Position numbers and translations under genes: made by a program
Shown here: positions 57,270 to 64,000 of the stretch, piece by piece
Position numbering within the stretch: position 1 is the first letter of the stretch
Layout: each line of letters begins with the position of its first letter
DNA from: Desulfosudaceae bacterium
Lineage (GTDB): Bacteria > Desulfobacterota > Desulfobacteria > Desulfobacterales > Desulfosudaceae
Direction of reading: 5' to 3'
DNA length: 64,000 bases
NCBI GenBank assembly: GCA_963674745.2
Contig: CAXXDV010000003.1
Coordinates: 640,001-704,000, forward strand
Notes under the pieces: model-generated
What the model was told of the DNA's origin: nothing
Database searches by the model: none
Seen by the model: only the letters and a program-made list of their open reading frames with translations

Positions 57270-58300
57270 GAAAAATGATGATTACCATAATGCTGTTGAT
57301 GATATTGCCATTAACGCAGGCCTGTGTCCCCCATACCACCGGTGAAACCGAAGTCGGGGTCCAGGTCAAGAAACTGGCTTTGTGGGGTGAAAAAGGCGTG
57401 TCCGACAGGATATTCTCTCCAGGTTCAACCTTCTTTTTTCTCCCCTTTATAAATGACTGGTACACCTTCGACACCAAACTGCAGAACATGGAAATGACCT
57501 TTCAGCGAACACGGGGCGACCGGCCCACCCAGGACGACCTGTTATTTAAAACCATCGACGGTAATGATATCGGTCTGGACGTGATTATCGCCTATCGCAT
57601 CATGCCGGAAAAGGCGCCCTATATTCTGCAGTATGTGGCTGAAAACGATGATACCCTGAGGGATAAAATCGTCAGGACCATTGCCCGCAGCAAACCCAGG
57701 GATATTTTCGGCGAACTGAAAACCGAAGATTTTTATATTGCCAAAAATCGTGAAGCCCAGGCTCAGGAAGTCAAGAAACAACTACAGGCCATGTTTGACC
57801 CCATGGGTGTTATCATTGAAAGGGTTTTGACTAAGGATTACCGGTTTAACCCGGCCTATCAGAAGGCCATTGAAGACAAGAAAGTGGCCGATCAGATGGT
57901 GGAAAAAAACCGCTCCGCCCAGCACGCCACGCAAGAGGAGTACCTGCGCAAATTGGAACAGGCCAAAGGCGAGGTCAATAAAATGGTGGCCGATATTGAC
58001 GGTGAATACCTGAAAGCCAAAATCGAAGTGGATGCCTACTATGAGAAGCAGAAGCTCATCGCCCAGGCTATAAAAGCCGAAGGTATTGCCGAGGCCCAGG
58101 GCATTCAGGAAATGAACACCGCCATGGCCAGCGCCGGCGGAGAGGCCTTTGTCAAACTGAGAATCGCCGAGTCCCTGCAGGGCAAGGAAATTTTTCTGCT
58201 GCCGGTTTCTGAAGGCGGAATGAACCTGAAAACCACCGACATCAATGACCTGATCAACACCATGGGGATTAAAAAACTGTCGGACAAAAGCAGGAAATGA
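57266..58300 (+). CDS. SPFH/band 7 domain protein (putative lipoprotein)
   Basis: Signal ending TQAC; EVGV, KTIDGNDI.LDV.I.YRI, YQKAIEDK, AEAQG; ATGA overlap with the upstream SPFH gene. Confidence 0.85.
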   Translation: MRKMMITIMLLMILPLTQACVPHTTGETEVGVQVKKLALWGEKGVSDRIFSPGSTFFFLPFINDWYTFDTKLQNMEMTFQRTRGDRPTQDDLLFKTIDGNDIGLDVIIAYRIMPEKAPYILQYVAENDDTLRDKIVRTIARSKPRDIFGELKTEDFYIAKNREAQAQEVKKQLQAMFDPMGVIIERVLTKDYRFNPAYQKAIEDKKVADQMVEKNRSAQHATQEEYLRKLEQAKGEVNKMVADIDGEYLKAKIEVDAYYEKQKLIAQAIKAEGIAEAQGIQEMNTAMASAGGEAFVKLRIAESLQGKEIFLLPVSEGGMNLKTTDINDLINTMGIKKLSDKSRK

Positions 58301-58380
58301 TTGGATCGAACCGGTACCTCAAGGCGTGATGGTTGTAAACAATCTTCGGGTCCGTCAACCGGCTGTGCCCGGATTCGGCA

Positions 58381-58438
58381 GTAGGGGCACCCCCCTGTGG
58401 GTGCCCTTGCATCGTACGGCCACAGGGGCCGCCCCTGC
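58381..58438. repeat. Degenerate REP doublet
   Basis: GTAGGGGCACCCCCCTGTGGGTGCCC followed by GGCCACAGGGGCCGCCCCTGC; same type as 47011-47069. Confidence 0.75.
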
Positions 58439-58478
58439 AATATCTAAGGTGACTCCTTCGCAGGGTGAAGTATTCGGT

Positions 58479-58934
58479 CTAACCGGGTGTGCCGGGATCC
58501 AGCAGTTTAAAGCCCAGGTCGGGTTCAAGACGTCTTATCGCGGTTGTGTCCAGTAATTCAAAAATAATGATTTCCAGGATCTGCCAGGTAATGACACCGC
58601 TTCGGATGCAGCCGGTGGTGGTTTGGCCTTCACGGCCGCAGGCCATGTGCATGTGCAGCATGGGAAGTCCTTCCTCGTCCGGGAACAATGTCCCCACGCC
58701 GGCGATTTCGTGAACATTATCCAGTAACCGTTGCATGGGGATGACCGGAGTGGCGCGCCCGTCTTCCGGGCCGACCACCAGTGCGCTGTACTGGTCAGCG
58801 CCGCCTACGGCGACCAGCGCTGCTGCGGTTATTCCCTTGTCCCGGGCAAAAGACTCAATCACCTGGTGAACGATTTCGCCGTCCTCCAAACGCAGGATAA
58901 AAATACGGCCCTGCCGGGCTTCTGAATATTTCAT
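58479..58934 (-). CDS. PPC domain (DUF296) protein
   Basis: GRIFILRLEDGE, HEIAGVGT, LHMHMACG, GCI...EIIIFE. Confidence 0.88.
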   Translation of the reverse strand: MKYSEARQGRIFILRLEDGEIVHQVIESFARDKGITAAALVAVGGADQYSALVVGPEDGRATPVIPMQRLLDNVHEIAGVGTLFPDEEGLPMLHMHMACGREGQTTTGCIRSGVITWQILEIIIFELLDTTAIRRLEPDLGFKLLDPGTPG

Positions 58935-59098
58935 GGCGGACTCCTTATTACGTTCAATTGTTTTGAGACATTTTTATCATGAAACCGTATCGTTTTCCAG
59001 AGACATGTGTTGAAAAACAGGCGGTGGTATTCTATTATCAGTCCGTATCAAGAGGGGGACTTAGGTTATCCGGTAATAAAATGCAAGAAGGAGCAGCA

Positions 59099-59935
59099 AT
59101 GAAATGGAGACAGTTTTTCACGCCTGTTAAATCCATGGACAGCGCACAAGCCCGGGAGATGATTGAGAACACGCCCCGGGAAGATATTTCTATTATTGAT
59201 GTGCGTCAGCCCGGTGAGTATAAGTCCGGTCATATTCCCGGCGCCCGTTTGATCCCGGTGGGTGAACTGGGTAACCGGCTGAACGAAATACCGGCTGATA
59301 AACCGGCTGTGGTTTATTGTGCTGTCGGCGGCCGCAGCCGGGTAGCGGCCCAGATGATGGCCGCCAAAGGGTTTTCCGATGTCATTAACCTGGCCGGAGG
59401 TTTCAAGGCCTGGAAGGGTAATGCGGCTGTCGGACCGGTGGACCAGGGCCTGGATTTTTTTTCAGGTCAGGAAACCATCGACCAGATACTGGCGGTGGCT
59501 TATTCCATTGAAGATGGTTTAAGGGATTTTTATCTCATCATGGCCGAAAAGGTCCGAAACGCTGAAGCCGCCGACCTGTTTGCAAAACTGGCGGAAATAG
59601 AAGTCAAACACCAGGATCGCGTCTACGGGATTTATAAAGCCCTGGCCGACCAGCCTATGCCAAGGGAGGCTTTTGTCACCGACCGGGTCGGTAATGTGAT
59701 TGAAGGCGGCCTGACGACCGAAGCCTATATCGCCATGTTCAAACCCGATATGGAATCGGTTGTCGATATTATCAGCCTGGCCATGTCCATCGAAGCCCAG
59801 GCCCTGGATCTTTATTCCCGGGCGGCTGAAGCGGTTACCCCTCCTGAGGGGCAGAAGGCGCTGGCACAGCTGGCCGATGAGGAACGGACGCATATCAGGC
59901 GGCTGGGAGAATTGATTGATGGGCTGTCTGAATAA
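59099..59935 (+). CDS. Rhodanese + rubrerythrin/ferritin-like fusion
   Basis: IDVRQPGEY..GHIPGA, VYCAVGGRS, NLAGGFKAW; two ExxH di-iron halves (EVKH, EERTH). Confidence 0.88.
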   Translation: MKWRQFFTPVKSMDSAQAREMIENTPREDISIIDVRQPGEYKSGHIPGARLIPVGELGNRLNEIPADKPAVVYCAVGGRSRVAAQMMAAKGFSDVINLAGGFKAWKGNAAVGPVDQGLDFFSGQETIDQILAVAYSIEDGLRDFYLIMAEKVRNAEAADLFAKLAEIEVKHQDRVYGIYKALADQPMPREAFVTDRVGNVIEGGLTTEAYIAMFKPDMESVVDIISLAMSIEAQALDLYSRAAEAVTPPEGQKALAQLADEERTHIRRLGELIDGLSE

Positions 59936-59942
59936 TACAGGC

Positions 59943-59999
59943 TCTTCTCCAATTTAATGTGCACAAAGGGTTCAAGGATTCAAGGGGTCGAGGGCTCAA
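59943..59999 (+). repeat. Dispersed element with 8-bp G-rich units (copy 2)
   Basis: TCTTCTCCAATTTAATGTGCACAAAGGGTTCAAGGATTCAAGGGGTCGAGGGCTCAA; one extra unit relative to the 39095 copy. Confidence 0.75.
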
Positions 60000-60069
60000 G
60001 TGTTTGTCATTGAAAGTTTTATGAATGCTAAACACATAATTTTTACAAAAGTTCATGAAAGGTCCGGAT

Positions 60070-61194
60070 ATGGGGCATCTAGTATTAGCTGGCGGCGGTC
60101 ATGCCCACATGGTAACGCTGGAACATATTGATGATTTTGTCGGTCGCGGACACCGGGTCACGGTTATCGGCCCTTCGCCATATCATTATTATTCGGGTAT
60201 GGGGCCGGGCATGCTGGGTGGTTTTTATTCTCCGGACGATATCCGTTTTGCTACCCGACTGGTTACTGAAAAAAAAGGCGGGACGTTCGTGCATGACAGG
60301 GTTGAGCGTATCGACCCTGCAGAGAAAAGAGTCCACCTGGCATCCGGTGACACCATTGATTATGACGTTCTCTCCTGTAACCTGGGCAGTCAGGTGCCTG
60401 GGGATCTGATTACAAACGATTATGGTGACATCTACGCGGTCAAACCCATCGAAAAACTGCTTGAAGCACGGCAGCGGGCCATCGAAATCATGTCCGACAA
60501 TCAGGCTTCTATCGCTGTTGCCGGCGGTGGGCCGGCGGCATCCGAGATCGCGGGTAATATTTATCACCTGGCCAAAACCACGGGCAAGGCCATGCCTACC
60601 ATATACATGTGTGCCGGAAAAGGGTTTATGGGCCGGTTTCCTGAATCGGTCCGCAGCCGTGTTTATCACTCGCTGACCGAACGGGGTATTATTGTTGATG
60701 AATCCGGTTACGTTAAATCCATCGAAACCGGTGCCGTCACACTTGAGTCGGCTAAGATTATCGCCGCGGACCTGATTTTTGTGGCCCTGGGGGTGAAGCC
60801 ATCGCCGGTTTTCGCCGCTTCCGGTCTGCCGCTCGGTCCTGACGGCGGCCTGCTGGTCAACCAATTCCTGCAATCGCCGAAATATCCCGAAATTTTCGGC
60901 GGCGGTGACTGTATCTATTTTGAACCCCGTCCACTTGACAAGGTCGGTGTTTTTGCGGTCCGGCAGAATCCTGTTCTGTGTCATAATTTGATGGCAACCC
61001 TTGAAGACCAATCGTTGAAACCGTTTGACCCGGGCGGAGATTACCTGCTGATTTTCAACCTGGGCGATCGCCGGGGCGTGCTCAAAAAGAAATGGCTGAC
61101 CTTCAGCGGCCGGTCGGCATTCATGCTCAAGGATTATATCGACCGCCGGTTCATGAAAAAATTCCAGCGCATGGAGAAAAGTCAAAAGGCTTAA
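60070..61194 (+). CDS. FAD-dependent pyridine nucleotide-disulfide/NDH-2-like oxidoreductase (resembles the N-terminal domain fused to SelD)
   Basis: LVLAGGGHAH, YSGMGPG, YDVLS.NLGS, VKPIE, GGGPAASE, FGGGDC, KVGVFAVRQ, LKDYIDRRFM. Confidence 0.85.
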   Translation: MGHLVLAGGGHAHMVTLEHIDDFVGRGHRVTVIGPSPYHYYSGMGPGMLGGFYSPDDIRFATRLVTEKKGGTFVHDRVERIDPAEKRVHLASGDTIDYDVLSCNLGSQVPGDLITNDYGDIYAVKPIEKLLEARQRAIEIMSDNQASIAVAGGGPAASEIAGNIYHLAKTTGKAMPTIYMCAGKGFMGRFPESVRSRVYHSLTERGIIVDESGYVKSIETGAVTLESAKIIAADLIFVALGVKPSPVFAASGLPLGPDGGLLVNQFLQSPKYPEIFGGGDCIYFEPRPLDKVGVFAVRQNPVLCHNLMATLEDQSLKPFDPGGDYLLIFNLGDRRGVLKKKWLTFSGRSAFMLKDYIDRRFMKKFQRMEKSQKA

Positions 61195-61253
61195 ACGCCG
61201 CAAAGAAAAAGTTTTTAACGATAAAAAAGTAAATGGAAAACAGGGTATCCCGG

Positions 61254-61940
61254 TCAGGGGTAGTATTTTTTCAGTTTTTCCGGATGAACACCGGCGTAGA
61301 ACAGGGTGGATAATATCCAGTTACGCAGGGTGGTATAAATCAGGCCTTCTTTTTTCCAGCGCCGGGCGGAAGTCGTCACCGGCTCGGGGATCAACCGGAT
61401 GCGATAACCGCGTTTCTTGATTCGCCGCATGAGGTCGATATCTTCCATGAGCGGCATCTCTGTAAACCCGCCCAGTTCCCTGAAACAGCCGGCTTTTATG
61501 AATATGGCCTGATCACCGTAAGGGATATGTGTGAGGCGGGAGCGAATCGAGGCGGCCTTTTCGATGATTCGAAAAGCCGGTCCGGGCGCATCTATGGCAA
61601 GGTCAAAGGCCCCGCCCACGGTCCCTGAATCGCGACAAACGTCCAGGATCGACCTGACAGCGGTTTCGGGCAGAATCGTGTCAGCATGAAGAAACAGCAG
61701 GATCTCTCCGGCGGCTTTTTCCGCGCCGGCGTTCATCTGGACGCTTCGGCCTGATGAGGCCTTTGTTTTGGTGACATCCGGGTCGGCAATCGCCCGCAGG
61801 GTGGTCTCCGACGGGTCTCCATCCACCACGATGATTTCCGTATCGGCATTTTTGTCCGTTGTCTTTATTTGAACAATTGTCCGATTGATCCGGTCAGCCT
61901 CGTCAAGCGCGGGGATAATTATGGATATCATCGGTTTCAT
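61254..61940 (-). CDS. GT2 glycosyltransferase, TIGR04283-like (rSAM/selenodomain/arsenosugar-associated)
   Basis: ISIIIPAL.E, GRSVQMNAGA, LFLHADT, PYGDQAIF, LMEDI, TSARRW. Confidence 0.9.
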   Translation of the reverse strand: MKPMISIIIPALDEADRINRTIVQIKTTDKNADTEIIVVDGDPSETTLRAIADPDVTKTKASSGRSVQMNAGAEKAAGEILLFLHADTILPETAVRSILDVCRDSGTVGGAFDLAIDAPGPAFRIIEKAASIRSRLTHIPYGDQAIFIKAGCFRELGGFTEMPLMEDIDLMRRIKKRGYRIRLIPEPVTTSARRWKKEGLIYTTLRNWILSTLFYAGVHPEKLKKYYP

Positions 61941-61966
61941 AAGCCGGTAGAACGGTTCGGAATCGG

Positions 61967-62770
61967 TCAGGGCTGGTCAGCGTTCGTGCCTGATTTGAAA
62001 ATGATATCGCCGTAAAAGGCGGTTGTTGCCTCGCCGGTGTTGTCTGAATCGGTCATGATGGCCACCCCGGAAATCATGGGGGGCGGCTGACCGAAACTGT
62101 CCACATAATCCTGATAGATATTTCTTTCTTCATTGACCCAGGTACCGGCCTTGTCCGGTCCGCTTTCCACGACAATCATCATGACCCGGTCGGTATAGGG
62201 GTTGGTTACCCGGGTGCCTTTTGCCGTCCGGCTTTCCCAGATATAATTGATGGCTCCGATGGGGGGATACTCGCCGTAAAGAATCCGGACTGTCTCAAAT
62301 TTTGCCTTTTCCAGAAACCCCACCCGATCGGCGTCATACTCAAAAGCAATATATATCCGGACCGGATAGTCATCACCGCTTTTTTTGGTAACATCTCCGT
62401 TTTCATATACACCGGTGATTTTCCAGTTCCACTGGATGACGGGATATTCCCGCGGGTCAATCCGCATTTTACGGATCAGCCCGGAAGCCGAAGCCTTGCT
62501 TTTGGCCCGGATGACGGTTTTCCCGTCTTCAACAACCGCTTCATACAGGGTATGATTGTCGATTTTTTTGAACGTCAACGGCTCCCAGTTTTCCGGAAGC
62601 CGGTCGGCCGCAGCGACAGCATTGGAAAAATCGCCCACCTTCAACACCTCTTCAGCTTTGATCCATCCGGGCTGAAAAAGTGCCATCAGGATAACCGCCA
62701 GTCCGCATAATGATATATTCTTTATATCGTTCATTTGTTGTAACCCCGTTGGTTGTATTACAGTCATCAC
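61967..62770 (-). CDS. DUF3047 domain secreted protein
   Basis: SASGL, WNWK, GDDYP.RIY, INYIW, NPY, W..EERNIYQDY..FG, AIMTDSDNT; start may be ATG 62734. Confidence 0.88.
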   Translation of the reverse strand: MMTVIQPTGLQQMNDIKNISLCGLAVILMALFQPGWIKAEEVLKVGDFSNAVAAADRLPENWEPLTFKKIDNHTLYEAVVEDGKTVIRAKSKASASGLIRKMRIDPREYPVIQWNWKITGVYENGDVTKKSGDDYPVRIYIAFEYDADRVGFLEKAKFETVRILYGEYPPIGAINYIWESRTAKGTRVTNPYTDRVMMIVVESGPDKAGTWVNEERNIYQDYVDSFGQPPPMISGVAIMTDSDNTGEATTAFYGDIIFKSGTNADQP

Positions 62771-63459
62771 TTGATCTTTGCCTGTTGCAGGTAAGCCCGG
62801 GTGTGTTTGGCCAGCCCGGGGACTTCTTTCAGCGTCAGTGACAGGTTGTCAAGGTCTACGATGGTGTCAATATCCCGCCAGACCGGCAATATTATGGGCA
62901 CGATACCATTATCCCGGAACCGCTTCAGGGTGTTACTCAAAACCGTATCCGTTCCCCAGGAAATGTTGTCAAAAATTTCCGGTAGAAAACCGTCTGCCGT
63001 AAATCCGATCAGGTAATATCCGCCGTCCCGGCTGGGCCCGATGACGGCCGAGTTTTCCTTTAAACGATCAAAGGCTTCATCGATAATTTCCGGCAAAAGA
63101 TCGGGTAAATCAGAACCGATGATAATGGCCCGTTTAAAGCCCGCAAAAAATGTTTCAGCCAGGGCGTTTTTCATTTTTTCGCCCAGATTGTCGCCAGTTT
63201 GCGGGAAAATATCAAACCCGTCGCCCAGCCAGGACCGGATTTGATCGCCGGCCCGGGCCGGATAATAATAGACGCTGATATTCAAGCCGGTGGATTGAGC
63301 CATGGTCAGGACATCCGCAACAAAGCATCGATAGAGTTCCAGGGCGGCCGCATCACCGATTGATTCGGCCAGACGGGTTTTGACCGCGCCTTTTATTGGT
63401 GCCTTGAGAAAAAGAATAATGCGGAAGTCTTCTGATGTTTCATTTTGTTGTGTTGTCAT
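62767..63459 (-). CDS. TIGR04282/DUF2064-like transferase (rSAM/selenodomain/arsenosugar-associated)
   Basis: KAP..G.VKTRL, Q.G.NLGEKM, IIGSDLP, IGPSRDGGYYLIG, ISWGT, DIDT..DL. Confidence 0.9.
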   Translation of the reverse strand: MTTQQNETSEDFRIILFLKAPIKGAVKTRLAESIGDAAALELYRCFVADVLTMAQSTGLNISVYYYPARAGDQIRSWLGDGFDIFPQTGDNLGEKMKNALAETFFAGFKRAIIIGSDLPDLLPEIIDEAFDRLKENSAVIGPSRDGGYYLIGFTADGFLPEIFDNISWGTDTVLSNTLKRFRDNGIVPIILPVWRDIDTIVDLDNLSLTLKEVPGLAKHTRAYLQQAKIK

Positions 63460-63464
63460 AAGGC

Positions 63465-64000
63465 TTACTTGACGAATTCAAAGCTCTGATCAAAAAGGTC
63501 AGGGTCTGAAAAATAGGCTTTGCCGACCAGTTTCAATGCATGATGGCTGCGCTGGCGCATGCTGCCGACCTTGGGAATCCCCATGGAAAAAAGCAATAGC
63601 GGCTCTATGCGTTTTGAATTTTTGGCGATGCCGTGCCGGTTGAACATGCTTGCAAAGGTGCCGTCGGACGCGGGCAGCATCTCAAGAGACTTATAAGGGA
63701 CAAGCCGGTAGGGGATGTCCTTTGCCGGGGGCGGTTCGTAAGACAGACCGACCACCTGGTGCCAGTCGGCGTTGACATGGACATTGAGCGGGGTCCCGGA
63801 GAAGGATTCCGGCAGTCCGGCTGGCGCAAAGGCGTCTATGGTCAGGGACTGCGGTCTGACGGCCTTGACGGACCCGTCGGCCGGGACAAAAAAATGGTAA
63901 CAGCCGCAGTTGTTCATGATATCCACCATCACCGGCCGTCCGTCCTGCCCCAGGCTGATGCGGAAGGTCAGCCCGTCCAGCGTTCCTCTTTCAATCGATG
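63465..64000 (-). CDS. 5'-truncated conserved hypothetical protein
   Basis: Frame is open to the window end; GTLDGL...DIMNNCGCYHFF, R.EP.LLF.MG, MRQ..HHA. Confidence 0.65.
   Translation of the reverse strand, partial: SIERGTLDGLTFRISLGQDGRPVMVDIMNNCGCYHFFVPADGSVKAVRPQSLTIDAFAPAGLPESFSGTPLNVHVNADWHQVVGLSYEPPPAKDIPYRLVPYKSLEMLPASDGTFASMFNRHGIAKNSKRIEPLLLFSMGIPKVGSMRQRSHHALKLVGKAYFSDPDLFDQSFEFVK

Noticed and set aside
59310..59335. Selenocysteine in the rhodanese active site
   Set aside because: The codon is TGT (Cys); no in-frame TGA read-through candidate was noticed in the genes I examined.
60085..61203. 372-aa antisense ORF
   Set aside because: It lies fully opposite a motif-rich oxidoreductase and has no recognisable features; a shadow ORF.

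Overview
Bacterial chromosomal window, about 50-55% GC by eye. Gene content (ileS-lspA-lgt-holA, ResB/CcsB system II cytochrome c biogenesis, GTAG-type REPs, Gly-rich Cys C-terminal tags) suggests an anaerobic Desulfobacterales-like organism; this is an inference. From left to right: a secreted protein plus a lipoprotein serpin; a TetR / FGGY kinase / saccharopine-dehydrogenase-family operon; a REP-flanked defence cassette (AlbA_2-HATPase-HTH protein plus a single-chain Type IIG-like R-M-S gene broken by one in-frame TAA); housekeeping genes; a C45 hydrolase; a HEAT-repeat / HD-GYP pair; a large anaerobic acyl-CoA/radical-chemistry region; an RND efflux operon; a flippase with two SPFH proteins; and TIGR04282/TIGR04283 glycosyltransferases. 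There are two best candidates for an undescribed system. (1) 38260-46934: a stand-alone acetyl-CoA-synthase middle-domain protein and an intact CooC-type Ni chaperone co-transcribed with two different ATP-dependent activases, facing two 2-hydroxyacyl-CoA dehydratase / class I benzoyl-CoA reductase-like subunits separated by an Fe-S GMC oxidoreductase. (2) 26700-32250: a glycyl radical eliminase-type enzyme with an N-terminal SCP2-like lipid-binding domain, coupled to beta-oxidation genes. No rRNA, tRNA, CRISPR array or transposase was recognised. All family calls come from motif recognition by eye, not from database searches.
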